Positions 52,310 through 63,489 of a DNA stretch of 64,000 nucleotides are shown in pieces. The translations under genes and the position numbers were made by a program. Origin of the DNA: an uncultured Candidatus Rokubacteria bacterium (GTDB lineage: Bacteria > Methylomirabilota > Methylomirabilia > Rokubacteriales > CSP1-6). The first letter of the stretch is position 1, and each line of letters begins with the position of its first letter. Below the pieces are notes generated by a model. The model saw only the letters and a program-made list of their open reading frames with translations, searched no databases and had not been told where the DNA came from. Location of the stretch: the NCBI GenBank assembly GCA_963789955.1, contig CAWBMV010000001.1, forward strand, positions 192,001 through 256,000. Reading direction: 5' to 3'.

Positions 52310-53645
52310 CGCCTCCGACCCTCTCGAGCCAGGCACGCACGCGCGCGCGAACGAACGGAGCCTTGAACGGCTTGGTCAGGTAGTCGGTGACGCCCGCGGC
52401 GAAGCCCTCTTGCGTCTTCGCGGCGCCGGCCTCGGCGGTGATCAGCACGATCGGTACGTCGCGAAAGTAGGGATCGCTCTCGGCGCGGAGCGCGCGCGTG
52501 ACGTCGGTGCCGTCGAGCCCGGGCATGAGCCAGTCGAGCAGGATCAGCGACGGGCGCACGGAGCGCGCGATGCGGAGCGCAGTCTCGCCATCGGTGGCCG
52601 TGTACAGGCGAAACGCGTCGGAACGCAACGTCGTCTTCAGGAGTTCCAGGATCACCGGATCGTCGTCCGCGATCAGCACGACGTGAGCCGGTGTCGATCG
52701 CGACACGGTAGACGCCGCGGCGCGACGTCGGGGCCGCGGTGCGCGAGTCTCGCGGCGCGTCAGCTCGATGATCTGGCCTTCGGCGGCGGCGAAGACGTCG
52801 AGCGTGCCTCCGGCCCGCCGGACGCGCTCGCGGCAGACCTCGACCAACTGGTCGACGGCGTCGTCATCGCGGAGCGGATCGTGGTGGGTGAGCGCGAGCC
52901 GACGCACGTGCGCGGCGAGGGCGTAGTCCACCGCGGTCTCGGCGGGCGAGTGACCCCAGTTGACCTTCTCTGGATATTCCGCGGCCGTGTACTGCGCGTC
53001 GTGGATCACGAGATCGGCGCCCTCGAGGAACGCGACATGCCGCGCATCCTCGGCGTGCAGGGCGATCGCGTCCGCCGAGGCGATGCCGCCGCCGTCGGGC
53101 CGGTCGCGCATGTGCGGCTCGTGGTCCACCGCGTAGACGACGGCCGCGCCGTCGGCCTCGAGCCGGTAGCCGAGCGTGAGCGCCGGATGATTCAAGTACT
53201 GGGCGACGACTCGCACGCCGCCGACGGTCAGCGCCCCCTCGACGAGATCGCTATAGCGGATCGTCGCCGACAGCTGCTTGAGCGTGATCGGGAAGTACGG
53301 ATGCTGCATCTGCGCCGACAGGACGGCTTCGAGCCGCTCGCCGAGCCCGCCCGGCGCATAGAGATCCCATTCGCTGCCCACGGTGAAGACCGGGGCGAAG
53401 AAGGGAAAGCCCTGGATGTGATCCCAGTGCGTATGGGTGATCATGAGGTGGCCGCGCACGGGCTGCTGGGCCTCGGCCATCAGCGCCTGCCCGAGACGAT
53501 GAGCCCCGGTGCCACAGTCGAGGACGATCAGGGTTCCGTCGTTGGACCGCGTCTCGACGCAGGACGTATTGCCGCCATAGCGCAAGGTTGTCGGTCCTGG
53601 GGTCGCCAGTGACCCGCGCGTGCCCCAGAAGCGAATACGCATCAT
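52290..53645 (-). CDS. MBL-fold metallohydrolase fused to a C-terminal REC domain
   Basis: FWGTRGS, YGGNTSC, THTHWDHIQG, HDAQY, WGHS, THHDP; REC LIADDD..LLDWLMP..YLTKPF. Confidence 0.92.
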   Translation of the reverse strand: MMRIRFWGTRGSLATPGPTTLRYGGNTSCVETRSNDGTLIVLDCGTGAHRLGQALMAEAQQPVRGHLMITHTHWDHIQGFPFFAPVFTVGSEWDLYAPGGLGERLEAVLSAQMQHPYFPITLKQLSATIRYSDLVEGALTVGGVRVVAQYLNHPALTLGYRLEADGAAVVYAVDHEPHMRDRPDGGGIASADAIALHAEDARHVAFLEGADLVIHDAQYTAAEYPEKVNWGHSPAETAVDYALAAHVRRLALTHHDPLRDDDAVDQLVEVCRERVRRAGGTLDVFAAAEGQIIELTRRETRAPRPRRRAAASTVSRSTPAHVVLIADDDPVILELLKTTLRSDAFRLYTATDGETALRIARSVRPSLILLDWLMPGLDGTDVTRALRAESDPYFRDVPIVLITAEAGAAKTQEGFAAGVTDYLTKPFKAPFVRARVRAWLERVGGDADPGQ

Positions 53646-53664
53646 CGTCTCCCAGTGCGGATCG

Positions 53665-54615
53665 CTACAGATCCCGCGCCGCCGGCAGACCCGGCAGCGA
53701 TGTCGCCGCGCGCACGCCACGGACGATCGCGTCGGCGACCGCCTCCGCCGCCGCGAGGCCCAGCCGCGTGATGTCGGCGGGCACGGTGCCGACGGAGAGC
53801 GCGAAGAGCGTATCGCCGTCAAAGGCGGTGTGCGGCGGCGACAGCGCGCGCGCAAAGCCGAGCATTCCGAGCGACGCGAGCTTCGCGGCTTCCGGCTTGC
53901 TCAGGCGGGCGTTTGTGGCGATGACACCGATCGTCGTGTGCTCGGGCGCAGCGAACCGCTCGAGGACGCGGCCGCCGGCCAGAGCGCTCGCCGAATCGAC
54001 GAGCCTGAGGCTTTCTGGCGATTCGCGGGCGCCGGCGATCAGCGCGCCCGTACCGGGATCGCGCACGTCGCCGACCGCGTTCACGACCACGATCGCCCCC
54101 ACCACGACGTCGCCGAGCCGTCGCGAGGCGCTGCCGAGCCCGCCGCGCATCGCCCGGGCGATGCGGTACACCTTGCCGACGGTCGCGCCCGTGCCGGCTC
54201 CCACATTGCCCTCGGCCACGGGGCCGGGCGCGGCGCTCGCGGCGGCCTCGGCACCCATCTCGCGAGTCGGGCGCGCGCGGCCGCCGCCCACGTTGAGATC
54301 GAAGATGAACGCGCCCGGGACGTGCGGCACGACGGTCGGCCCGGCCGCGAAGCCGCGGCCCTGCGCCTCGAGCCAGCGCATCACGCCCCAGATCGCTTCG
54401 CCGCCGAATCGGCTGCCTCCGCCCAGCACGACGCCCTCTACGGTCGGCACGAGGTGACGAGGATCGAGATAGTCGAGCCCGACGACGTCGTTGGCGCCGC
54501 CGCGCAGCTCGGCACCGGCGACGGCGGGACGATCGCAGAGCACCACGGTGACGCCGGTGAGTCCCGTGAGATCGGTCGCGTGGCCGACGCGGATCCCGGG
54601 GACGTCGGTGATCAG
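53665..54615 (-). CDS. P1/S58 (DmpA-like) peptidase
   Basis: ITDVPGIRVGHA...TGVTVV, EGNVGAGTGATVG, VVNAVGDV, TTIGVIATNA, HTAFDGDTLF. Confidence 0.9.
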   Translation of the reverse strand: MITDVPGIRVGHATDLTGLTGVTVVLCDRPAVAGAELRGGANDVVGLDYLDPRHLVPTVEGVVLGGGSRFGGEAIWGVMRWLEAQGRGFAAGPTVVPHVPGAFIFDLNVGGGRARPTREMGAEAAASAAPGPVAEGNVGAGTGATVGKVYRIARAMRGGLGSASRRLGDVVVGAIVVVNAVGDVRDPGTGALIAGARESPESLRLVDSASALAGGRVLERFAAPEHTTIGVIATNARLSKPEAAKLASLGMLGFARALSPPHTAFDGDTLFALSVGTVPADITRLGLAAAEAVADAIVRGVRAATSLPGLPAARDL

Positions 54616-55658
54616 GGTTTGCGGCTCACGTCGGCGGCCCGGAGGCGGCCGGCGGCGACTTCGCCCGCCAGCTCGAGCGCGCGCTGCGCGAGCGCCCGCG
54701 CGAGCGGGTGATGCACGAGCGAACCCTGGTCGTCGGTGAATGCCGCGGCCGCGGCCGCCGCGATCGCCGCGTGCTCGCTCCGGTCGATCGCGCCGAAGAT
54801 CCACGCCATCTCGGCGAAGCGACGGCCCCAGCGGCGCCGCGCCTCGGGCGAGAACTCGCGCTCGATCACGCGCGCCAGAATCGCCTCCTGGCGCTCGGCC
54901 TTGATCTGGTCGGAAACCACGAGCCGGCTCTCGCGCGCCTCCTGAACTTCGAGGGCGTCGCTCTGGACCGTCTCGGGATCGAGGAACCAGCCGGCCATCT
55001 CGGGGAGCCCGAGCAGCTCGACCGAGCGATCGGCGAGGGCCGGATCGGCGGCCGGCAGGGACGGCGGCCCGGCCGGCGCGACGTCCGCGAAGAACGGCTG
55101 CCAGCGCCCGAACGTGGCCGGCGGCGACGTGCCACGCTCGCGATGCAGCTCGAGCGCTTCGACCACAAGGCCCAGGGCGCGCGTCGGCTCGGTCTCGACC
55201 CACGGAAGCTTCTGGGCCGCGCGCAGGGAGGCCAGCTCCGCCTCGAGCCGCCGCTTGGTGATGTCGCCACCGGCCACCTCGGCGATGCCGACGACGTCGT
55301 TGACGATCAGCGAGCAGAGCGCCCCGCCCCCGTAGGCGCCCTCGAACAGGATCCACGCGGCGCGAGATCCGCTGCCGTCGATGCCCGAGAGCCAGGCGCG
55401 CACGGCGTGCGGCGTGCCGCGACGAACCACGGGTGCCGTCGGCGGCGTCGGCGCGGGTACGACGCCGCGCTGTGAGAGCCGGTAGAGCGCCCGCTTCGCG
55501 GCGCGGCGCACGACGCGGTCCGCGGCGCGCTCGGCGAGTCCGCCCAGCGCCGGGAGGGCGCCGGCGCCGTGCTCGTTGGCGAACGCGCGCAGCTTCTCGT
55601 CGAGGGCCGCCTCGGACAGGCCGCGCAGCGACGCCGCGTCGAGGCTCGGGTCGCTCAT
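54612..55658 (-). CDS. Hypothetical protein
   Basis: Host-like codon usage; ATGA overlap with the upstream gene; RRAAKRALYRL...AWLSGIDGSG. Confidence 0.7.
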   Translation of the reverse strand: MSDPSLDAASLRGLSEAALDEKLRAFANEHGAGALPALGGLAERAADRVVRRAAKRALYRLSQRGVVPAPTPPTAPVVRRGTPHAVRAWLSGIDGSGSRAAWILFEGAYGGGALCSLIVNDVVGIAEVAGGDITKRRLEAELASLRAAQKLPWVETEPTRALGLVVEALELHRERGTSPPATFGRWQPFFADVAPAGPPSLPAADPALADRSVELLGLPEMAGWFLDPETVQSDALEVQEARESRLVVSDQIKAERQEAILARVIEREFSPEARRRWGRRFAEMAWIFGAIDRSEHAAIAAAAAAAFTDDQGSLVHHPLARALAQRALELAGEVAAGRLRAADVSRKP

Positions 55659-56177
55659 CCGAATCGCAGCTGGAAGAACGGATGCGTCGGGTGATCGACC
55701 GAAATAGACGCGGCGCGTGTAGTCGAGGGCGCCCGCGTAGCCTTCGAACCGGTCGGCGAGGCGCCGAAAGAGCGGTGCCGCGGCCGCGGCTTCTGCGCGC
55801 GAGGTTGCCCGGCCGTGCTCGGACACGAAATGGTAGGCGCGCTTGCCCTGGCCGACGTAGTAGTCGACCGACGCGGTGCGCTCCACGCGTTCCCGAAAGA
55901 TACCGGTCATGAACAGCGTGAAGTCGCCGATGTGCTGGGACACCGTGACCTCGTGCTCGGGCTGGAAGTAGGACCCGTCCCAGGCGGTGCCGGCTTCGAG
56001 GAGCATCTCGACGACGGTCTCGAGCCGCGGGATCGTCGTGCCACGCGGATAGAGGTTCTCGGTCCGTGCAAAGCGGGTCAGCAGATCGGCGAGGTACGGC
56101 GAGGCCGGGTCGTTGCCGATGGACAGGTCGTGGAAGCTCGCTCGAATCGCCCGCTCGAAGAAGGCGCGAAGCTCCAC
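55655..56177 (-). CDS. Conserved hypothetical protein, frameshift ~55700
   Basis: YLADLLTRF, QHIGDFTLFMTGIF, YYVGQGKRAY; correcting one base gives ...VDHPTHPFFQLRFG* overlapping the next ATG. Confidence 0.7.
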
Positions 56178-56222
56178 AGCTCGGATGATAGCAAATTCTG
56201 AATTTTGCTAGAATTCGAGCCC

Positions 56223-56534
56223 GTGGCCGATCGCCCGAACGCACGGATCCCCTGGTTCCTCGTCGCCGCGAGCGTGGTCCTGCTCTTGCTCGTTCTGTAC
56301 GTGCTGTTCGTCGGCTACGTGCCGTCGAAGCAGCGTGTCGCCGGTCTCGAGGCCGAGCTGAAGGACCTCTACAAGCGCGAGGCGGAGCTCCAGACGCGGA
56401 TCGCCCAGCAGGATCAGCGGTACGCCCTCCGCGAGCGCCAGATTTCCGCGCTGACGAGCGAACGCGACACGCTGATCCGTCGCCTGGAGGAGCTCGAGAA
56501 GCTCCTGGCCGCCGCTCGCAAGCAAGCCCGCTGA
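56223..56534 (+). CDS. Single-TM coiled-coil protein
   Basis: TM helix then heptad-rich region; extended -10 TGCTAGAAT 8 nt upstream. Confidence 0.7.
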   Translation: MADRPNARIPWFLVAASVVLLLLVLYVLFVGYVPSKQRVAGLEAELKDLYKREAELQTRIAQQDQRYALRERQISALTSERDTLIRRLEELEKLLAAARKQAR

Positions 56535-56598
56535 GCCGCCTAGGACTCTAGGCCAGGTCGCATACTACTTTTCGGTAGTTTCGGGGTTCACGCTATCG

Positions 56599-57063
56599 TG
56601 CGGCGCGCATCCCGACCGGCCGCTGGCGTGCCGCATCTACCCGCTCGCGCGCTGGGTCGATCCCGACGGCCACGAGGGCTTCGGCCATCTGGAGCCGCAT
56701 CCCCAGACGGCCGGCGTCTACGGCGACAAGGGCACCGTTGCCGACTACCTCGCGGCGCAGGGACTGGCCCCGTACTTCGCGATGGGCGATCGCTACGGCA
56801 CCGTGTACGAGCGCATGGTCGACTTGCTGGAGCGCATGGCGCCCGGCGAGAACGAGCGGCGCGCCGAGCGGCGAGCCGAGGTCGACGAGATGGATGCGGG
56901 CGCCGTCGCGACGTCGTTCTTCGACGTCGACGCGACCGTCGCCGACTACTGTCGCGCCCGGAATCTCGCCGTGCCGACGGAGATCGACGCGCTCATCGAC
57001 CTGCACCTGAAGGCCCTCGGCGCATGGCTCGACGAGCTGGAGTCTCGCCTCCCGCCGGGTTAG
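56599..57063 (+). pseudogene. 5'-truncated YkgJ/CxxCxxCC-family protein
   Basis: C.AHPDRPLACRIYPLAR motif present; N-terminal Cys cluster and start codon absent. Confidence 0.6.
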
Positions 57064-58133
57064 AGCAGCGACAGGAGCTTTTCGTTCGTCTCGCGCAGCC
57101 CGACCGAGAAGCGCAGGTGGCCGGGGAAGCCGATGCCGGCGCCGTCGCGAACCAGGATGCCCGACCGCATCAGGCGCGTGCGGAGGCCCGGAGCGTCCGG
57201 CACGGCGACCAGCAAGAAGTTCGCGTGCGAGGGCGGGAACGCGTACCCGCGCTTGGTCAGCTCCGCGCTGAGATAGGCGCGCTCCTCGAGCACCAGCTGC
57301 TTCGTGTTCTCGGTATGCGCGTGGTCTTCGAGGGCCGCCAGCGCCGCGACCTGGCCGAGCCGGTTCACGTTGTAGGGGGCCCGGACGCGGTTGAAGCGGT
57401 CGATCGTCTCGGCGTTCGCGACCGCGTACCCCACCCGCAGCCCGGCGAGCCCCGCGATCTTCGAGAAGGTGCGGAGCACCACCAGTCGCGGGTAGCGCTC
57501 GAGGAGCCGGATGCCGTCGGCGTGATCGCTGTCGTCGCAGAAATCGATGTACGCCTGGTCGAGGACGACCAGCGGCGAGTCTGAGCCCAGCGCGTCGAGG
57601 AACGCCAGCAGAGGGCCCCGGCGGATGATGGTCGTCGCCGGATTGTGCGGCGAGCAGAGCATCACCGCCTTTGTGCGGTCGTTGACCCGGCGGAGCACGT
57701 CGTCAAGATCCACGTCGTACCCGACCAGGGGGCTCGCGACCACACGGGCGCCGGCCAGCCGCGCCGAGATCTCGTAGGGCTCGAAGGAGGGCGTGGGGAC
57801 GACCACTTCGTCGCCGGGCTCGAACGCCGCCGTGGCGATGAGCGCGATCAGCTCGTCGGCGCCATTACCGACGACAATCTGGTTCGGGGCGATCCCATGG
57901 CTTCGCCCGAGCGCCTCACGCAGGGCGCTCGATCCGCCGTCGGGATAGAGGTGGATCCGGGCCGCCTCGTGCTCGACGGCGGCCACCGCCCGCGGGGAGG
58001 GGCCGAGTGGATTTTCGTTGGCCGAGAGCCGAACCAGGTCGGACCGCCCGAGCTCCCGGGCGAGCGCCTCCAGGGGCAGGCCCGCGTCGTACGGAATGAG
58101 GCCGTCGAGGACGGAGCGCCAGAGCCGTCTCAT
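57060..58133 (-). CDS. hisC: Histidinol-phosphate aminotransferase
   Basis: LSANENPLG, YPD, GNGADEL, RTFSKIAGLAGLRVGY. Confidence 0.93.
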   Translation of the reverse strand: MRRLWRSVLDGLIPYDAGLPLEALARELGRSDLVRLSANENPLGPSPRAVAAVEHEAARIHLYPDGGSSALREALGRSHGIAPNQIVVGNGADELIALIATAAFEPGDEVVVPTPSFEPYEISARLAGARVVASPLVGYDVDLDDVLRRVNDRTKAVMLCSPHNPATTIIRRGPLLAFLDALGSDSPLVVLDQAYIDFCDDSDHADGIRLLERYPRLVVLRTFSKIAGLAGLRVGYAVANAETIDRFNRVRAPYNVNRLGQVAALAALEDHAHTENTKQLVLEERAYLSAELTKRGYAFPPSHANFLLVAVPDAPGLRTRLMRSGILVRDGAGIGFPGHLRFSVGLRETNEKLLSLL

Positions 58134-58162
58134 CCGCTCATTCTAGTAAGTCTGCGCCGCAT

Positions 58163-58192
58163 TTGACAGTCTTCCCACCGCGTTGCTACGCT
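58163..58192 (+). promoter_or_regulatory. sigma70 promoter for glnD
   Basis: TTGACA 58163-68, 18-bp spacer, TG-C-TACGCT (hexamer 58187-92), 8 nt before the ATG. Confidence 0.6.
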
Positions 58193-58200
58193 CGTCTGTC

Positions 58201-60885
58201 ATGTCCGTCGAGCTGTTTCGCCGGGCCCGGCGTGCCGAAGCAAGGGCCGAACGCGCCGAAGACCGGCGTCGCCTTCGGCTCGACTTCTTCCGTCAGGCGC
58301 TCGCGCAGGGATTCGACTCCCTGAAGGTGAGGCACGCCGAGGGCGCGTCCGGGCAGGAATCAGTCCGCACGCACGCCCGACTGATGGACGATGTCATCTT
58401 CTCGCTGACCCGGCTCATCGCGGACGACGCCGACCGAGCCGGACTCGCGCCGACCGCCCTCGTCGTCACCGCGCTCGGCGGCTACGGCCGGGGCGAGCTC
58501 CATCCGCTGTCCGACATCGATCTGATGGTGGTCTATGACGGCGCCGAGCTCGCGCCGTACGTGCAGCGCATGATGCAAGAGCTTCTCTACTCGCTGTGGG
58601 ACCTCGGGCTCCAGGTCGGTCACAGCCTGCGCTCGCTCGACGACTGCGTGGCGATGGCGCGGACGGACTTCCCGAGCCGCACCTCGATGCAGGAGGCGCG
58701 GTTCCTGGCCGGCGACCGGCGGCTCTTCGGTCGGTTCCGCAAGGTGCTGCGCGAGAACGTCTACCGGCGCGACTTCGCCCAGTTCCTGGAGACGACCCTG
58801 ACCGAGCGGGACCAGCGCTACCGCCGTTACGGCGCCTCGCCCTACATCGGCGAGCCGAACGTGAAGGAGTCGGCGGGCGGGCTGCGCGACGTCCACACCG
58901 CCATGTGGCTCGGCGCCGCCAAGTTCGGCGCGCGCACGTTGCGCGAGCTCAGCGACAAGGGGCTCATCACGCCGCGCGAGCAGGCATCGACCGACGCGGC
59001 CCTGACCTTCCTCTGGCGCGTGCGCAACGAGCTCCACTTCTTCTCGGGCCACAAGAACGACGTGCTGTCGCGCGATCTGCAGCCGCGCATCGCGAAGAAT
59101 CTCGGCTACGAGAACGACGAGACCTCGCTCGGCGTCGAGCGCTTCATGCGCGACTACTACCTGCACGCGCGCGCGATCCACCGCGTCTCGCGCCGGCTGA
59201 TCGCGCGCTGCCAGGAGACGTTGTCGCGGCGCGGCTCGGCGGGCCGGCGCCAGCGGCAGCAGGCGCTGGCCGATGGGCTCGTGTTCTTCGATGGCCAGCT
59301 CCATCTGGCCGATCGGGATTCCGGCCCGCTGCGCGCCGAGCCCACGCGACTCATGAAAGTCTTCTGGCACTTGCACCGGCTCGGCTGCGAGCTGTCGCTC
59401 GACCTCGAGCGCGCGCTCGAGGATTCGCTGTATCTGGTGGACGGCTCGTTCCAGCGATCGATCGCCGTACGCGATCTGTTCCTCGACATCTGCCGGACGT
59501 GGGGACGCGTGGCGCAGACGTTCAGGGAGATGCACGAGCTCGGGCTGCTGGGACGATTCCTGCCGGAGTTCGGCGCGCTGACGTGCCTCGTGCAGTACGA
59601 CGTCTACCACAAGTTCTCGGTCGACCAGCACTCGCTCCTCGCCGTCGAGCACCTCGAGGCGCTGGCCCCCGGCCAGTCCGCCGAGTCGGAAGGCGCCGCG
59701 CAGGTGCTGAGCGAGGTCGAGAAGCCCGAGCTCCTCATGCTCGGGATGCTGCTGCACGACGTCGGCAAGGCCCGGGGACACGGGCACGTCGCGAAGGGGA
59801 TCCCGCTGATCCGCGAGCTCGTCACGCGCCTCGAGCTCGACCCCGAGGACGGCGCGCTGGTCGAGTTCCTGGTGGCGCACCACCTGACGATGTCGCACAT
59901 CGCCCAGCGCCGCGACATCGACGATCCGAAGACGATCGCCGACTTCGCGGCGACGGTCGGCGATCCGCAGCGCCTGCGGATGCTCTACCTGCTCACGTGG
60001 GCCGACATGCGCGCGGTCGGGCCCGGCGTCCTCACCCCGTGGCAGGCGACGATCCTGCACGAGCTCTACACGCGCAGCGCTCGCCCGGCTCACCGGCGGG
60101 CGGCAGCGAGCGTCCGAGCCGGACGCAGCTCGCCGAGCGGCTGCGGCTGGCGGTCGGCGACGATCTCTCGGCGCAGGCGGTGAAGGCGCACCTGGCGATG
60201 ATGTCCGAGCGGTATCTCGCCACGACCGGCGTGCAGCGGATGGCCGAGCACCTGAGCATGCTCCAGCAGCTCGACAGCACCTCGGTGGTGACGGAGCTGT
60301 TCCATCATCCGGATCTCGGCTCGTCCGACCTGGTCGTGGTCACGCGCGATCTGCCGGGACTCTTCTCGCTGATCGCCGGCACGCTCGCCTCGCAGGGCGT
60401 GAACATCATCTCCGCCCAGATCCACACGCGCGGCGACGGGATCGCGATCGACACCTTCCAGGTCAACGACCCGAGCGGCGATGCGGTGACGTCGCCGGCG
60501 TACTGGGGTCGCACGCTGGACGCGCTTGCGAATGGTGCTGACGGGCGACGCTCAGGTCGCGGCCTTGCTCGAGAAGCGGCGCGCCGCCGGGCGGGCCGCC
60601 GCCGGGGCCGAGGGCTCCGTCAAGATCACCCTCGACAATCACCTCTCCGACGACTACACCGTGCTCGAGGTGAAGTGTCCCGACCGCCTGGGCCTGCTGT
60701 ATCTGGTGACGAAGACGCTCGCCGGATTCGGCCTGGACATCGCGACGGCGCGGATCGCGACCGAGATCGATCACGCGGTCGACACGTTCTACGTCCACGA
60801 CGGCCAGGGCCGCAAGGTCGAGGACGCCGACGCGCTCGGACGCGTTCGCGAAGCGCTCGAGCAGGCGCTCGTTCAGCCGATCTGA
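58201..60885 (+). CDS. glnD: [Protein-PII] uridylyltransferase, two frameshifts
   Basis: ALGGYGRGELHPLSDIDL, NVKESAGGLRD, HD motif LLHDVGK, ACT domains DLPGLF and DRLGLL. Confidence 0.95.
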
Positions 60886-60887
60886 CG

Positions 60888-63489
60888 ATGCTCGGCCGCT
60901 ACCGAGAGCCCATGCGCAGCTGGATCGACCCGATCGGGCTCGCGCTCTATCGGCGGCTCCACCTGCGGCCGAATCATCTGACGCTCATCGGGCTCGGCGT
61001 GAGCCTCCTGGCCGCGACCGCGTTCGGCGCCGGGCGGATTCGAGCCGGCGGCTTCCTCCTCATCCTCGCGGGGCTGTGCGACTTCTTCGACGGCTCGCTG
61101 GCGCGCGCCTCCGGCCAGGTGTCGGCGTTCGGGGCATTCCTCGACTCGGTCATCGATCGGTACTCCGACCTGGTGGTGCTGCTCGCGATCGTCGTGCTCT
61201 ACGCTCAGACGTCCCACACGCGCGGCGCCATCGTCGCGATGGCGGGACTGATCGGCTCGATGATGGTGAGCTACACGAAGGCGCGCGCCGAGTCGATCGG
61301 CGTGCGCTGCACCGTGGGCATGATGGAGCGTCCGGAGCGCATGATCTGCCTGATCGCCGGCGCGCTGCTCGATCTGCTCGAGCCGGCCCTCTGGCTCCTC
61401 GCCGTGCTCTCGAATCTCACCGCGCTGCAGCGGATCGCGTTCACGTGGCGGGCCACGCGCGACGCCGCGCTGCTGCGCGTCCTGCTGGTCGCCGCCGTGC
61501 TGCTGGCGCCGGTCGCGGTCGTGGCGGAATCCGAGGCGCCCGGCACCGACTCGGAGCCCCAGCGGACGTGGGCGGCGGCCGTCGAGGCCTACCAGCTCGG
61601 CGACGTCGACCCGCTGATTCGCGAGTTCAGCACCGACGCGGCCAAGGACAGCGTGATCGGCGATCACGTCCGCTATCTGCTGGCCGAGGCGCTCTCGCGC
61701 GGCGACGATCTCGCCGCGGCCCGCGCGGCCGCGCTGAGCGTCGTCGACCGCTATCCGAAGAGCCGTCTGGCGCCGCGCGCGCTGCTGCTCGCGGCGACGC
61801 TCGACCTGCGCGCGGATCAGGATGCCTCCGCGCAGACCGTGCTGGTGCGACTGATCAACGCGTATCCCGACTCGCCCGAGCTGCCCGACGCGCTCTATCT
61901 GCTCGCGCAGACCGCCGAGGCGCTCGGCCAGCTCGACGCCGCGGCGCTGACCTACCGGGATGTGCGGCTCCTCACGCCGGCGAGCGGCTACGCCGACGGC
62001 GCGAGCGATCGCATCGCCGCGCTGCAGGCCGGGGGTGTTCGCCTGCCGCCGTTGACGGCGACCCAGCGGGTCGAGCGGGCCGAGCGACTGCTCCGCGCCA
62101 ACGTGCCCGATGTGGCCATGAGCGAGGCCCAGTCCATCGTCGACGAGACCAAGGAGGGCGCCGTGGTGACGCGCGCGCTGCGCGTGGTCGTCGACGCCTC
62201 CCGGAATCTCCGGCGCTACGACGTGGCGGTACGCACCCTGGGGCTCGTGATCGATCGCTCGCCCGCCGAGCGTCGCCCCGGGCTCAAGCTCGAGCAGGCG
62301 CGGCTGTACGTGCGCGCGAAGGATCCGAGCCGCGCGCTCACGGCGCTCGACGGGATCGCCGGGACGGGCACCGAGGCCGAGAAGGCCGAAGTGCTCTACC
62401 TGAAGGCGCGCGTGCTCGAGGATGTCAACCGCGAGGCCGACGCGATCACCGCCTACCGCGCGGTCGCCGCGCAGTTTCCGACCCGTGAGGCGGCGGCCGC
62501 GTCGCTCTGGCGGCTCGGCTGGCTCGCCTACGGCAAGCGCGACGCGCACGGCGCTCAGAAGAGCTGGACGCGCCTGGCCGAGCTCGGCAGTGCCGGCGCC
62601 TACCGGATGCCCGCGCTCTACTGGACCGGCCGGGCACGCGAGCAAGCGGGCGGCGCGGGGGCGGCGGACCTCTACAACCAGATTCTCGCCGAGGCGCCCC
62701 GGAGCTACTACGGGATGCTCGCCGCCGGCCGGCTCGGCCGCGTCCAGAGAGGGCGGCGTGCCAGGGCAGATCGTGCTGCCACCCGAGCCTCGCGAGGCGC
62801 TGACCGACGATTCGGGCCTTGCGAGGGTCGTGTTGCTCCGGAGGCTCAATCTGATCGACGAGGCCGCGGCGGAGCTCGATGACGCCGTCCAGGGCGCGGG
62901 GGGCAACCCCGTTCGTCTCTACGGCATGGCGGGCGTGTACATCGAGGCGGAGCGCTATCACATGGCCCTGCGGATCATGCGCCGACACTTCCAGTCGGTC
63001 GCGGCCACCGGCGACCCGACCTTGCCGCGCGCGTTCTGGGAGATGTTCTATCCGTACGCGTGGCGCGACGAGATGCGGGATGCCGCGCAGCGCCGGGGAA
63101 TCGATCCGTATCTGGTCGCCGCGGTCGTGCGCGAGGAGTCGAGCTACTATCCGCGCGCGACGTCACCGGTGGGCGCGCGGGGGCTGATGCAGCTCATGCC
63201 GTCGACCGCGCGCCTGATGGCGCCGACGGGCGACCTCGAAGATCCCGGCTTCAACATCGAGCTCGGCACGCGCTTCCTCGCCGGGCTGATGCGCGAGTTC
63301 AACGATCCGCGGCTGGCGCTGGCCGCCTACAACGCCGGACCCAACCGGGTGCGCCAGTGGCTGAACACGCGGCGCAGCGACGACATGGAGGCGTTCGTCG
63401 AGCAGATCCCGTTCGACGAGACGCGTCTCTACGTCAAGAAGGTCGTGCTCTCCTGGGACGAGTACCGCCGGATCTACGGCAGTCCGTGA
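60888..63489 (+). CDS. CDP-alcohol phosphatidyltransferase fused in frame to TPR + Slt lytic transglycosylase, frameshift ~62740
   Basis: DFFDGSLAR...GAFLDSVIDRYSD; TPR/BamD-like helices; Slt motifs REES, GARGLMQLMP, ALAAYNAG, ETRLYVKKV. Confidence 0.8.

Noticed and set aside
51997..52391. DGR template/variable repeat pair
   Set aside because: Mismatches are not confined to adenines, there is a 2-nt indel, and there is no reverse transcriptase in the window
54612..56177. 521-aa fusion protein
   Set aside because: One indel gives two genes with an ATGA overlap at 55655-58
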